Assembly: GCA_964645405.1 (NCBI GenBank)
Contig: CAZYCA010000029.1
Location: 28,047-92,046, forward strand
Direction: 5' to 3'
Source: an uncultured bacterium
GTDB taxonomy: Bacteria > Ratteibacteria > UBA8468 > B48-G9 > DSTR01
Length of the DNA stretch: 64,000 bases
The position numbers were made by a program, and so were the translations under genes. The notes below the pieces were generated by a model that made no database searches, was not told where the DNA came from, and was given only the letters and a program-made list of their open reading frames with translations. Below, piece after piece: positions 1 through 10,174 of this stretch. Position 1 is the first letter of the stretch. The number at the start of each line of letters is the position of its first letter.

Positions 1-354
1 ACCAGCATGGAAGGCAAACAGGTAAAAATTTCTTCTTCCGGGCTGGCAGGAATCAGTCAGGAGGGAAAAGGATTTCTGGTGATTCTCCAGGTTCCGGTGG
101 ACAAAGGCAAGAGTTGTCCTGATTCCTGGAGTAGACCCAAGGTCCGGCGACTCTATGCCACTGTACTGAGTAACCTGGGAGGAAAAAGTAAGGTGGAGCC
201 TGACTGGGCAGCGCTTGGTGGCTGGGGAATAGTGGAGGAATGGTTACCCGGTTATGCGGAAAGGGTACCCAAGAAGGCTCCAAAGGTGAAAGAAAGTGCC
301 TTTTACCCGGAGACAGGGCTGGACTGGGACCCGGATGCCCATGTTGCCTTCTAA
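1..354 (+). CDS. Hypothetical protein, 3' part of a gene that starts before the window
   Basis: Frame open from position 1 to TAA at 352-354; followed 11 nt later by the next co-oriented gene. Confidence 0.6.
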   Translation, partial: TSMEGKQVKISSSGLAGISQEGKGFLVILQVPVDKGKSCPDSWSRPKVRRLYATVLSNLGGKSKVEPDWAALGGWGIVEEWLPGYAERVPKKAPKVKESAFYPETGLDWDPDAHVAF

Positions 355-365
355 GAAGGTAAAGG

Positions 366-1055
366 ATGATTATCTACGTTTACACTGATACCTACCAGAA
401 ATACAGGGAAGCAACCGGAGTAATTGCTGTGCGGTCCAGGCTGGAGGAACTCTGCGGTGATGCCTGTCTGGTTTTACATTATAGCCAGATAAATTTAGAA
501 CTTCTTGCCAGGTTACAACCATGGGCTATCTGCCATAGCGGTTGTGGTACCCTGTTTCAGGAGTATGATGTACTCCAGAGTAAGGAATATAGAAAAGCAG
601 TCCGGGGATTTACCGGCGCACAGATAGGTTTTTGTGGTGGTCACCAGATTATAGCAAAGTTTTTCCAGAGTACTCTGGGACCAATAAGGCGTCTGCGCAG
701 GGGAGAACCTGACTTATCTTGCTACCGGCCAGGTTACTTCAAGGAATGGGGCTTCTGGCCTGTAAAAGTTATACGGCAGGATGAGCTTTTTGCTAATCTA
801 GCCAGAACCATTATGGTTGCTGAAGCCCATTTTTTTGAAGTTAAAAGGTTAGGACCGGAACTTCTCCTTCTGGCTTCTTCCCGGGACTGCCGCATACAGG
901 CTTTCCGGCACCGGACTAAACCAATCTATGGAACCCAGTTTCATCCGGAAAATGCTAATGAAGTTTATCCTGACGGGACAAAAATCCTGCAGAACTTTTT
1001 CCGTCTTGCCAGAAAATTTAAGGAAGAAGGAAGAAAAACGCTGGAGGGAAAATGA
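366..1055 (+). CDS. Class I glutamine amidotransferase (GMP synthase GATase-like)
   Basis: GFCGGHQ nucleophile elbow and YGTQFHPE (Cys-His-Glu triad). Confidence 0.85.
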   Translation: MIIYVYTDTYQKYREATGVIAVRSRLEELCGDACLVLHYSQINLELLARLQPWAICHSGCGTLFQEYDVLQSKEYRKAVRGFTGAQIGFCGGHQIIAKFFQSTLGPIRRLRRGEPDLSCYRPGYFKEWGFWPVKVIRQDELFANLARTIMVAEAHFFEVKRLGPELLLLASSRDCRIQAFRHRTKPIYGTQFHPENANEVYPDGTKILQNFFRLARKFKEEGRKTLEGK

Positions 1056-1822
1056 GGGGAAAAACAAAACTTTTTGTCTTTGTTTTTTCACTTGTTAGCG
1101 GTTTACTGGCCGCGGAGAAGAAAGATATTCCTGTGGGCATTTATTTCAACCCTTTAAGAGACCAGCCTGAAGCTTTGACCTATGGTTACGAAGGAGTGAA
1201 AATTGCTCTGGAAGAAAATGGTTTTGAACAGGTCTGTTATGTGAAATCTTTTAAACCGGAAGATTTGAAAGATATCCGGGTTTTAATCATTTCTGCAGTC
1301 TTGGGCTACCCTTCTTCCTGGGATTTAAACCAGGTGCGGGAAAACCAGAGAAAGTTCGTAGAAAATGGCGGTGGTATTATTCTTATCCAGGAATCTATTG
1401 GCTGGAGAAAAATTTTTAAAGATAACCCTATCTTTCCGGAGATTGGCCGAGGTGTGCCTTACGATGGAAAAACCTACGCACCGGTTCAACTTACTGATCT
1501 TCTGGTGGTAGACAGAAATCATCCCATCACCAGAAAGTTGCCTGATAGCTTTCAGATGCAGTACGACTGTGCACCTTTGAAACCAGGGCCCCGGGGAAGA
1601 GTTCTGATTAAACTGGCAGAAGAAGGTTATGTTCGTGGCAATAAGGTGAAACTGGATAATCTGGCTGCCCTGATTGTCGGCCAGCACGGAAAAGGCCGGG
1701 TAGTACTGATGGGACCTCTGGTGGGACTGAGCCGGCTACCCAGGGAGATGGAAAATCCGCCTCAGGGCGGGGAACTTCTGATGTTGCTTTCTGCTGTGAG
1801 ATGGGCTGCTGGAGAAGATTGA
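1052..1822 (+). CDS. Secreted ThuA-like / GATase-fold protein
   Basis: N-terminal signal peptide; FVENGGG, HPIT and GKGRVV motifs; ATGA overlap with upstream gene. Confidence 0.6.
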   Translation: MRGKTKLFVFVFSLVSGLLAAEKKDIPVGIYFNPLRDQPEALTYGYEGVKIALEENGFEQVCYVKSFKPEDLKDIRVLIISAVLGYPSSWDLNQVRENQRKFVENGGGIILIQESIGWRKIFKDNPIFPEIGRGVPYDGKTYAPVQLTDLLVVDRNHPITRKLPDSFQMQYDCAPLKPGPRGRVLIKLAEEGYVRGNKVKLDNLAALIVGQHGKGRVVLMGPLVGLSRLPREMENPPQGGELLMLLSAVRWAAGED

Positions 1823-1823
1823 T

Positions 1824-2489
1824 TCAAGAACCAAGAAAAGACTGCTCCTTTATCCGGTACCCCTGGGCGTCCACTTCCAGGAGAACAAACCCACCCAGAC
1901 GTAAGGGACCGGGGTTGACAAGAATTGTACTTCCCAGGATATCCTGACCGGTAGCCTCATGGATATGACCGCTCAGACAAACCCATGGCTTTTTCTCCTC
2001 AATAAACTTCCTGATAGCCTGACTTCCCACATGCCGTCCAGAACGGACAAAATCCATTTTTGTACCATAAGCAGGATGATGAGTAACTAAAAGGAAGGGT
2101 ATTTTTTCCGGAAGCAAACAAGAGGCTGATTCCAGTGTCTTCTGGAAATGTTCTTCTGTTACCTCACCGGGAGTATAGACAGGACAGGGAAGAGAAAAAC
2201 CAGCTCCCAGGAAACCTATGCCCCTTATAATTTTAGCCTTTCCATTCAGGCTTATACCTTCTCCGGAAAGATAATCTTCTACTTCTCTTTCATCACAGTT
2301 ACCGGAGACTGCCAGAACCTCGGGAAAATACTTCTTTACCTGGTTTATTACCTGTTGTGCCTGGGTTTTTCCTCCAAAATGGGTTAAATCACCGGAAACC
2401 AGAACCAGATCAACTTTACCCACTTTCCCGGCTATCTTCTCCAGGTTACCTGTATCACCATGAATATCAGAAATTCCTAAAATCAGCAT
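1824..2489 (-). CDS. Calcineurin-like metallophosphoesterase
   Basis: SDIHG, GDL, GNCD, THHP, GHIHE, NPG motifs; start placed at MLILG after AGGGGA. Confidence 0.9.
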   Translation of the reverse strand: MLILGISDIHGDTGNLEKIAGKVGKVDLVLVSGDLTHFGGKTQAQQVINQVKKYFPEVLAVSGNCDEREVEDYLSGEGISLNGKAKIIRGIGFLGAGFSLPCPVYTPGEVTEEHFQKTLESASCLLPEKIPFLLVTHHPAYGTKMDFVRSGRHVGSQAIRKFIEEKKPWVCLSGHIHEATGQDILGSTILVNPGPLRLGGFVLLEVDAQGYRIKEQSFLGS

Positions 2490-2551
2490 TTTCCCCTGAT
2501 AAAATTTTAACATAAAACAGATTATGCGGGAAGTTGTGCTATAATGCTTTT

Positions 2552-4489
2552 ATGGAAGGCAGGGAAAAAGTTTTTCTCATCAAAGACCGCCGGGCTGTTT
2601 CTTTTGTCTATCTTCCTGAAAACTCCTCTGAAAGATTCAGACAGGCTGCCGCAGAGCTGGTAAGAATCTGCCAGAAAGCAACAGGAGTTAAGATACCCAT
2701 AAACAACCAAGTAAGAACAGCGGAAAAGCTTACCCGGATAGAGTTTTCCGTCAGGCCGGCCAGGAGAAAAAAATCAAAACTGCCACCAGACGATACCTTC
2801 TGGATTTTTTGCCAGAAGGATAAACTGGAAATTTCTGTCACCAGGGAAGAAATGCTTGGTGTCGCTTTAGCAAGGTTTCTGGAAGAAGCAACCGGAGCCA
2901 GATGGTTTTTCCCTGGAAAACTGGGCGAGGATATTCCGGAAAGAAAGGAAATTTTTTTTCTGCAGGGCAAGAAACGCTTTTGCCCTTCTTTCACCTGGCG
3001 AAGTCTCTCCTGGAAAGACGGCTCAGTTTTCAGGGACTGGCAGGAAAAAAATGGACTCTTTCCTTTTCCTGTTAACCGGGGGCATGCCTACACAGAAATT
3101 CTGCCCCGCGAGTTGTTTCGCACACATCCGGAATTTTTCTCCTTAATCTGCGGCCAGCGACGGCTAAATCCTTCCCAGATGTGTTACCAGGCTCCAGGAA
3201 TTGTGGAGTTAACCTGCCGCTACATTGAGCAGGTACTGGAGAAGAATCCAGAGCTGGTGGCTGTTTCTCTCTGTCCTAATGATGTTGATTATTTCTGTGA
3301 ATGTTCCAGGTGCCAGAGAGGAGAAAAACCAACCCGCTATTATGACCATTTTGTTCACCAGCCACCTTATGGCTATGGTGGTCCTGGTTCAGCCGCTCAC
3401 CTTTCAGAAAGGGTTTTTCGTTTCACCAATAAAGTGGCGAAAAAACTGAAAGAAAAACATCCGGATAAATATCTTATCGTCTACGCTTATGGTTGCTATC
3501 GGCAGCCTCCGCAGAGAATTAAAATCAGCGATAATGTCATTATCTGGCTTACTACCACCTGCCTGGGATGGTGGAATAAGAAAAGGCGAAGACTGGACAT
3601 AGAAAGAATGAAAGCCTGGCAGAAAGTTGCCAGAAACATCGTTATTTTTGAGGCTCTCAGCAACCAGGCCTGGCCGGAACTACCCAGGATAGCACCGGCA
3701 CTGGTAGCAGACAGCTTGAAAACATACCACAGGTTTGGAATCCAGGGTTTCTATTCTCAGATGTTTGGCGATTTTGGCACCAACCTGCCCAACTACTACC
3801 TGGCGACCAGATTTCTCTGGAATACCAGAGCCAGCTACAAGAAAGAATGGTCAGCTTTCCTGAAGAGGTGTTTCGGACAAGCTGCCAGCCAGGTAGCCAA
3901 ATACTGGAAGATTTTGAGTGAGGCCTGGAAAAAATTAATCGCAGATGGAACCCTGGAAGGAGCGCGCTCCATCATTAATCCTCATTATGAATACCTTCAA
4001 CTGGTAAGACTTTATCCGGAAGAAACAATAGAAAAAGCCAGGACATGTCTCCAGAAAGCCAGAGAAATGTCCGGTCAGGGTATCCACCGAAAGCGGGTAG
4101 AGATGCTGGAGAAGGGATGGCGTTACACGGAGCTAACCTTGAAGGCTGTCAAGGAATGCCTGGCTCTGGAAGACCTTAATTTTCCTCCCTTTTATTTTTC
4201 TCCCTGGCTGGCACCTGATTATGATTTCCGCTTTTACAAAATTCTGGTAAGGGGGATGGATAAAAGGGTAGTCATTCATGCTCTGAAAAGGGCTATCTCT
4301 ACCTGGGAGGAAAGAGAAAAATTTGTCAGAAGATGCACCGGAAAATACATCCTCAGCCCGACTCTGCTGGAACGTAACCGCAGGTTTGACCCGCGGCCGA
4401 TTTTGAAAAAGATGCTGCAGATAGCGGAAGAGATGAAAAAGCTTTCCGAAAATGCGGGAAACATCAGGCAGAAAGATGCAGAAGTTTAA
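2552..4489 (+). CDS. DUF4838 domain protein (GH67/GH115 N-terminal-like domain plus DUF4838)
   Basis: RWFFPGKLGE, HPEFF, CPND..FCECSRC, YAY..Y..PP motifs; start at MEGRE just after TGnTATAAT. Confidence 0.75.
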   Translation: MEGREKVFLIKDRRAVSFVYLPENSSERFRQAAAELVRICQKATGVKIPINNQVRTAEKLTRIEFSVRPARRKKSKLPPDDTFWIFCQKDKLEISVTREEMLGVALARFLEEATGARWFFPGKLGEDIPERKEIFFLQGKKRFCPSFTWRSLSWKDGSVFRDWQEKNGLFPFPVNRGHAYTEILPRELFRTHPEFFSLICGQRRLNPSQMCYQAPGIVELTCRYIEQVLEKNPELVAVSLCPNDVDYFCECSRCQRGEKPTRYYDHFVHQPPYGYGGPGSAAHLSERVFRFTNKVAKKLKEKHPDKYLIVYAYGCYRQPPQRIKISDNVIIWLTTTCLGWWNKKRRRLDIERMKAWQKVARNIVIFEALSNQAWPELPRIAPALVADSLKTYHRFGIQGFYSQMFGDFGTNLPNYYLATRFLWNTRASYKKEWSAFLKRCFGQAASQVAKYWKILSEAWKKLIADGTLEGARSIINPHYEYLQLVRLYPEETIEKARTCLQKAREMSGQGIHRKRVEMLEKGWRYTELTLKAVKECLALEDLNFPPFYFSPWLAPDYDFRFYKILVRGMDKRVVIHALKRAISTWEEREKFVRRCTGKYILSPTLLERNRRFDPRPILKKMLQIAEEMKKLSENAGNIRQKDAEV

Positions 4490-5363
4490 CCGCATTATCA
4501 CGCATGATTTTTTTAAAGACCCGGTCACTTATTCTTCCTTCCTGGTGCCACTTCAGGAGAATCTCCATGGTGCAGAAAGGCATTCCTACCTGGCAATAGT
4601 CTGTTCCAAAAAGAAGTTTATCCTGAAACTCTGTGAGAAATTTTGGCCCGTATTCCTGGTCCCTACCAAGGGCTGCTGCTGCATCAGAGAGTTCTGCGTA
4701 AAGGTTCTGGTAGTGCCGGAGAAGCTTGGGCGCAACACCTTCTTCCTTAACCGGTCCTAACTGATAATCAGTATGCACCTGAATCCCATCAGGTCGGAAA
4801 ACAGACTTCCTCAGACCGGGTCTTTCCAGAGGAGCAATCTCTGCCCAGAAAACCGGACCATGCGCAATCACAATCAGATGGGGGAAACGTTGCAAAGTAT
4901 GCTCCAGTTGCGGCAGCCCCACGTCATCATAAAGACCAAAATCACCTCCCACCCTATCAGAACCATCAAAGGTAACAGGTAATCCCACTTCCTGCGCATG
5001 CTTGAAAAGGTTTTGCACCAGGGAGTCTGCCACAGGTACATTCAGCATAATCTCACCTATTCCCTTGCAACCTAAATCCCGGTAATAAGCAAGAAGTTTA
5101 TCCAGAGGAGCATCCGGAGAATTAGTCAGCGCCCTGGGGTCAACATTGCAGAAAGGAATGAAACGATCAGGATATTTTTCCACCATCTCTAAGATATCTT
5201 CGTTGCTCTGTGGCAGATAAACTTCCGGGCTGACCACCGGAAGCAATACTCCCTTTTCAATACCTAACTGGTCATACCTTTCCAAAACCTGCTCTGCCGT
5301 GGGAAACTGTGTCACAAAAGGTACTGGTTTACGGTATGCGTGAGCATGGATATCAATAAACAT
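4464..5363 (-). CDS. Amidohydrolase_2 family metal-dependent hydrolase
   Basis: IDIHAH, KGIGE, IAHG, LLFGTDY, DNA.KLL motifs. Confidence 0.85.
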   Translation of the reverse strand: MFIDIHAHAYRKPVPFVTQFPTAEQVLERYDQLGIEKGVLLPVVSPEVYLPQSNEDILEMVEKYPDRFIPFCNVDPRALTNSPDAPLDKLLAYYRDLGCKGIGEIMLNVPVADSLVQNLFKHAQEVGLPVTFDGSDRVGGDFGLYDDVGLPQLEHTLQRFPHLIVIAHGPVFWAEIAPLERPGLRKSVFRPDGIQVHTDYQLGPVKEEGVAPKLLRHYQNLYAELSDAAAALGRDQEYGPKFLTEFQDKLLFGTDYCQVGMPFCTMEILLKWHQEGRISDRVFKKIMRDNAVKLLHLSA

Positions 5364-5421
5364 TTTTTCTTCTCCTGAAAAATGATTGAATTCCGGAAGC
5401 AGTCTGGATTAGTATCTTCAT
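5353..5421 (-). pseudogene. Probable 5' remnant of a nucleotidyltransferase-type toxin gene (MKILIQTASGIQSFFRRRKNVY*)
   Basis: ATGA-coupled to the stop of the 63-aa ORF; resembles the N-terminal helix of the nucleotidyltransferases I recall following such small proteins; runs into the next gene after about 19 codons. Confidence 0.35.
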
Positions 5422-5609
5422 TTTCTTAATTTTGCAAACCATTTCTGTTGCTCCACAAGTCCAGAGGTGGGTTCTGGTGGATAAAGACGGAGTGCTGACA
5501 AAAATGCATCTTCCAGAACTTCTATTATCCGGGCGATACTCAAATTTTCTTTTTCAGAAAGAGTGCTCATTTTATTAACCTTATCCCATCTTTTAACCCA
5601 TTTTCTCAC
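5418..5609 (-). CDS. Small hypothetical protein, putative antitoxin-like partner of a nucleotidyltransferase
   Basis: WVKRW...LEDAF.SAL...PP.PTSGLVEQQKWF pattern; GTG start with purine-rich RBS and TATAAT upstream. Confidence 0.55.
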   Translation of the reverse strand: MRKWVKRWDKVNKMSTLSEKENLSIARIIEVLEDAFLSALRLYPPEPTSGLVEQQKWFAKLRK

Positions 5610-5759
5610 CTGCCTTTCTTTTTGCCGGTCCTTTTTTTGATATTTCTATTATACTCCTTCTGCCAGAAGGGAAGAAGTCAAAAAGGTTGATGGGAGAAGG
5701 AGGAAAATACGGAAAGCTGTCACAACTACCGATGACGACATTTATCTGCTGCCTGACTT

Positions 5760-6860
5760 TCAACCAACCTGCCAGTCCAGCTGAAGGGAAAGGGCTTTCC
5801 CGAGAACAAAATAAACAAAATAGATGAGGACCACAAAAGGAAAGTAGAAAACGCTGTAGATTAGAAATTCCCAGACGGAAAAGCGGAAACCAAGAACCCT
5901 GGAAAAAAGGAAAAAGGTGGTTACCGAAAGCAGCATGGATACCAGAAACGGACCTATACCCTGAAGAATAAGAAACATCAGAGACAAAAGATAGACACTG
6001 GAAGAAAGCCCCAGGTTGGTACTCAGGTGCTGAGTGAGAACAAACAGAAGCGGGAAAAACTTGCTGATGATATGAATTTTCTTAATCACCAGTCCCACCA
6101 CAACCGGGAAGAAGGAAAAAAGAAGAATGTTAATGATAATCGGTAAACCGCGCAGGTGTAACCTGATATCGGTTAAAATTTCTTTCCAGCAATGAGCAGC
6201 CCCTGAAGCCCAGCGGTTTCTCTGTCTCATCCAGTCTTCCAGGTTATCCGGAGTTACAGTTTTTACCTTCAATTCCCTCGCCAACCAGTAGGTTTTTCCA
6301 GCCCGGAAAGCTTTCAACATCAAATCCCAGTCTTCAGAGATAACCCTGGAGAAACCACCAACTTCTGCAAATGTTTTCTTCCTGATAGCAAATGCTGCCC
6401 CGCAGAGAAATAAACTTTTTCGGAAAGTCCTGGAAACAAGGAAGGAGAGAATAGAGACGGCGAGAAAATCATAACTGGTAATCCTGGCAAAAAAATTGTT
6501 AGCCATTGCCTCCTTGGGTAGTTCCACCACATCATACCCTTTTACTTGCTGGCTTAATCTGGCAAGGAAATTCTTATCCTCAGGTAACTGCACATCGTTA
6601 TCCAGGAAAAGAAGAACTTCTCCTTTTGCCATTCTGCTTAAATAATTAAGGGATTTAACCTTACCCTGACGCACGCCATTTTCATAAACAGTTATTTTAT
6701 CCCGGTATGGTTCTATGGCTTTGTCTATCTCCGGGTTTGCCTGTCCGTCAATAATCACCAGTATCTCTTTTGCTGGATAACTGTTAGCCAGCAGTTTTGC
6801 CAGGATATCGCCCAGAAATTTTGGCTGCCTGTAGACCGGGATGAGAATGGAAATAACCAT
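5760..6860 (-). CDS. Glycosyltransferase family 2, membrane-bound processive type
   Basis: ISILIPVY, DND (DxD), SED and QRNRW motifs; C-terminal TM helices; AGGAG RBS. Confidence 0.9.
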   Translation of the reverse strand: MVISILIPVYRQPKFLGDILAKLLANSYPAKEILVIIDGQANPEIDKAIEPYRDKITVYENGVRQGKVKSLNYLSRMAKGEVLLFLDNDVQLPEDKNFLARLSQQVKGYDVVELPKEAMANNFFARITSYDFLAVSILSFLVSRTFRKSLFLCGAAFAIRKKTFAEVGGFSRVISEDWDLMLKAFRAGKTYWLARELKVKTVTPDNLEDWMRQRNRWASGAAHCWKEILTDIRLHLRGLPIIINILLFSFFPVVVGLVIKKIHIISKFFPLLFVLTQHLSTNLGLSSSVYLLSLMFLILQGIGPFLVSMLLSVTTFFLFSRVLGFRFSVWEFLIYSVFYFPFVVLIYFVYFVLGKALSLQLDWQVG

Positions 6861-6878
6861 CTTTCACTCCTTTCAGAC

Positions 6879-7796
6879 TTAAAGGTAACGATGTAAAAAT
6901 TTCATTACCTCCTGCCGCATCCCGGCTGTCTCCAGGTGACCGACAGGATATCTTTGCAGTTGCCAGGCAAAAGAAGCACCAAAGCCAGCGTATACTTTTT
7001 TCAATTCCGCATCAATCTTTTCCAGACCGGAAACAGGTGTTAAAAAATCATAATCTCCGGCAAGACTGAGGTGATATCGGGGTGCAATCAGGGCATTTAT
7101 TCTGGCTGTGGTGAAATATTTAAGCAGTGAGGGGACATAGTAATAGATTCCATGGCCATCCAGACCACGGGCTTCTATCAGGCTCTGGTAATCTGTCAGG
7201 CAGCAAAGGTCTACACAGACCTTAATTCTAATATCCAGAGCTGCCACCCACCAGGCCATGGTACTACCCATGGAGATACCCATGGTAGCCAGCCTGTTCC
7301 CATCCACTTCTGGCCGGCTAACAAGATAGTCCATGGCTCGCAGACTATCATAAACCATCATACCCCAGAGAACCTTTCCTTTCCAGAGCATCTCTTTGAA
7401 CACCTCGCTCTCACTCCGGCCCCTTCTTTCCCCGAAACACCAGCAGTCAATACATAAAACAGCATAGCCGGAATCAGTCAAAACCTTACCATAGGCCGGT
7501 GTCTGCAACCCTTTCCTTCCAGAAATCAACTCATCCTTTCCCAGCTCGTAGTTTCCACCATGAGCGTGATTATAAAGAATTCCCGGAATCTTTCCAGAAA
7601 CATTTAATGGCCGGACAAAATAGGCTGGTACTGGTTCCTGGTCGTTGAGATGAAGAATAAGTTTTTCTAAGTGGTAGCCGCAAAACTGCGTTTTCTCCAA
7701 AAGGGTGGCTGTGATTTTTCTCCTTCTGGGTGGCAGGTCCCCCAGAAGCCGGTACAATTTTTTCCTCTCTTTCTCCTGCCAGTTACTTGTTTTCAT
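6879..7796 (-). CDS. Alpha/beta hydrolase (dienelactone hydrolase / acetyl esterase-like)
   Basis: HAHGG, GISMG nucleophile motif, Asp in GDYD, C-terminal GH. Confidence 0.85.
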   Translation of the reverse strand: MKTSNWQEKERKKLYRLLGDLPPRRRKITATLLEKTQFCGYHLEKLILHLNDQEPVPAYFVRPLNVSGKIPGILYNHAHGGNYELGKDELISGRKGLQTPAYGKVLTDSGYAVLCIDCWCFGERRGRSESEVFKEMLWKGKVLWGMMVYDSLRAMDYLVSRPEVDGNRLATMGISMGSTMAWWVAALDIRIKVCVDLCCLTDYQSLIEARGLDGHGIYYYVPSLLKYFTTARINALIAPRYHLSLAGDYDFLTPVSGLEKIDAELKKVYAGFGASFAWQLQRYPVGHLETAGMRQEVMKFLHRYL

Positions 7797-7868
7797 ACTT
7801 TTCTTATTTTACGCCATTTTTCTGGAACAGCCAATTTTATTTTAACCGCCAGGCATGTTAAAATAAAA

Positions 7869-9284
7869 ATGATGAAAGTCGCTAAAGGTAAATCTGGATG
7901 GGAAGCTGTAAGACTCGGTCTTGTGCCCATCGGGAAGTTTGTCTTCAGTCATGCGGAAGCATTACGGCAAAAAATAATCATAGAATCCTACCTCAAAAAA
8001 TGGGGAATAAATTTTGTCTCCATTGATAACATTCTTCCTGATGGGCTGGTGCGGGACCAGAAACATGTGAAACCGGTGGTGGAATTCCTTTCCAGAAAAA
8101 ACCTGGATGCTGTCTTCCTGCCCCATTGTAATTTCGGAACAGAACACGCTGCCGGTCAGATAGCACAACAACTGGGATTACCGGTTCTTCTCTGGGGTCC
8201 CCGGGACCAGGCTCCTTTACCAGATGGGACCAGGGAAAGGGACACTCTCTGTGGACTTTTCGCCACCAGTAAAGTTCTCCACCGGCTTGGCGTTAAGTTT
8301 ACTTACATCGAAAACTGCCATATAGAAGAACCTTCTTTTAAACAGGGACTTTTCCGGTTTTTATCAGCTGCCTGGGTGAACAAGAGATTTCGTTCTTTAA
8401 GGATTGGTTTTCTCGGGACAAGGATTGATTTTTTCTGGACAACAATCATCAATGAAGGGGAACTGCTGGAAAAGTTTGGTATTGAGATTCTCCCGCTGGA
8501 TATGGTGTGTTTTCTGGACACAGTTTTAAAGCAGGCCAGGACAAAAAGAAGTTTGTACCTGAAGGAGATTAAGTTACTGAAGCAACGTTTTGACCTCAGT
8601 TGCTTTACTGAGCAGGAACCTTTACTGAATCTTCTCTCCCTGCGGGACCATTTGCTTGGTCTCAGTGAAAAGGAAAATTTGAGTTGCTTTGCTATTCAGT
8701 CGTTTTTGAGTCTGGCAGAAAAACTGGGGGCAGGTATGGAACTGGCAGCTGCTCTGGTAAGCGATGAAGGCATTCCTGTAGCCTGTGAAAGTGATATCCA
8801 CGGCGCCATCAGTGCTGTGATTCTGCAGGCTGCCTCTCTGGAAAAAGAACCAATTTTTCTGGCTGACTTAACGATAAGACATCCCCGGGATAATCAAGGT
8901 GTACTTCTGTGGCATACCTTTACTCCTCTTTCTATGATTGACCCGAAAGTAAAACCAAAAATTTCTGCTTTCTGGATTCTGAAAAATCTGCCCCATGGTT
9001 CCTGTTACTGGCGTATAAAACCAGGACGGTTAACGGTTTTAAGGTTTGACGGAGACCGCGGAAACTATAGCCTCATCTGTGGACAGGGAAAAACCATAGA
9101 TGGTCCTTATACCTGTGATGCTTATGGCTGGATGAAAGTGAAAAACTGGGCTTGCTGGGAGAAAAGCTTTATTGAAGGTCCTTACATCCACCATGTGGCT
9201 GTTAACTACGGCTGGCACAGGGATGTGGTGGCTGAGGCGATAAAGTATCTTCCCGGGAATATCTCTTTTCAACAACTGGATTAG
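7869..9284 (+). CDS. L-fucose/L-arabinose isomerase family protein
   Basis: PHCNFGTE, RDTLCG, ACESDIHGA, LLWH and YIHH motifs; start at ATG 7869 or 7872 rather than 7671. Confidence 0.85.
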   Translation: MMKVAKGKSGWEAVRLGLVPIGKFVFSHAEALRQKIIIESYLKKWGINFVSIDNILPDGLVRDQKHVKPVVEFLSRKNLDAVFLPHCNFGTEHAAGQIAQQLGLPVLLWGPRDQAPLPDGTRERDTLCGLFATSKVLHRLGVKFTYIENCHIEEPSFKQGLFRFLSAAWVNKRFRSLRIGFLGTRIDFFWTTIINEGELLEKFGIEILPLDMVCFLDTVLKQARTKRSLYLKEIKLLKQRFDLSCFTEQEPLLNLLSLRDHLLGLSEKENLSCFAIQSFLSLAEKLGAGMELAAALVSDEGIPVACESDIHGAISAVILQAASLEKEPIFLADLTIRHPRDNQGVLLWHTFTPLSMIDPKVKPKISAFWILKNLPHGSCYWRIKPGRLTVLRFDGDRGNYSLICGQGKTIDGPYTCDAYGWMKVKNWACWEKSFIEGPYIHHVAVNYGWHRDVVAEAIKYLPGNISFQQLD

Positions 9285-10174
9285 ATTTCCGAAAAAAAGA
9301 AGGGATTGCTCCAGGCATAATGTCCCTGGCTATCTATGGCTTCAATACGCAGATAACGTTCTGTTCCTGCCATTTTATATTCCGCATACTCTATCTCTTT
9401 GCCACAGCCTGAAACGCGGCACCCTTGCGCATTCGGACCAATGAACCTGATTTCTTTTACTGGACTGGTCTTCACCCTGATGGTTTTTTCTTTTAGGCTG
9501 ACTTCCTTGATGCTTACCCCGGTAGAGGAATAGAAACTTCCCTCTTTAATCGCCTTCAGAATCTCTTCTCCGTTTAGTCCGGAAGCCTTAACCATAATGT
9601 AACTTCCGGTAAGGTCATCCTCCTGGGTGGGAGACGGCCGGTGGTGGGCATCATCTACCGCCACACCAAACAGGCGTCTACCACTCTGCAAAAGTTCATC
9701 CCAGTGCACACTGGAATAACCCTTGCCTTTCGTAATCTGACAGACATGATTGTAAATCTCCAGATGCTGGAAGTCTCTTAACTCCAGCAACTGGCTGGAA
9801 GTGATTCCCGACCAGTAGGGATGTGCCAGGATAGGCACGCAACCTCTCTGGTTAAGCGCATCAATAATATCCTGGGCAGAGGCAGAAGAAGGGAGAAGAC
9901 TTCTACAGCCCAGACCAACAATATGGTAGTTGCTGACATGATACTCTACTGCTGGCAGAGTGACAAAGTCAGGCCAGTGCAGGGATACCCCGGTGAGATA
10001 CCAGTGGTCGGCAATAGCAAGGAAATCATACCCTGCTGCGCGATAAACTGCACAAATTTCTTCAGGGGTCAGGGTTCCGTCAGAAAAAGTGGTATGCAGA
10101 TGGATATTGCCCCGGTACCAGTTTCCCTTCTGGTGGAAAACATTTACCGTCACATGACCTCCAGCTTCATTCAT
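9281..10174 (-). CDS. PHP-fold CehA/McbA family metallohydrolase
   Basis: GNIHLHTTFSDG, ADH, AHPYWS, DDAH, AWSNP motifs. Confidence 0.85.
   Translation of the reverse strand: MNEAGGHVTVNVFHQKGNWYRGNIHLHTTFSDGTLTPEEICAVYRAAGYDFLAIADHWYLTGVSLHWPDFVTLPAVEYHVSNYHIVGLGCRSLLPSSASAQDIIDALNQRGCVPILAHPYWSGITSSQLLELRDFQHLEIYNHVCQITKGKGYSSVHWDELLQSGRRLFGVAVDDAHHRPSPTQEDDLTGSYIMVKASGLNGEEILKAIKEGSFYSSTGVSIKEVSLKEKTIRVKTSPVKEIRFIGPNAQGCRVSGCGKEIEYAEYKMAGTERYLRIEAIDSQGHYAWSNPFFFSEI

Noticed and set aside
7671-7868. N-terminal extensions in the ORF track (also 14064-14243, 15205-15240, 60760-61011)
   Set aside because: Overlap neighbouring genes; better starts with RBS, -10 box or ATGA coupling lie downstream
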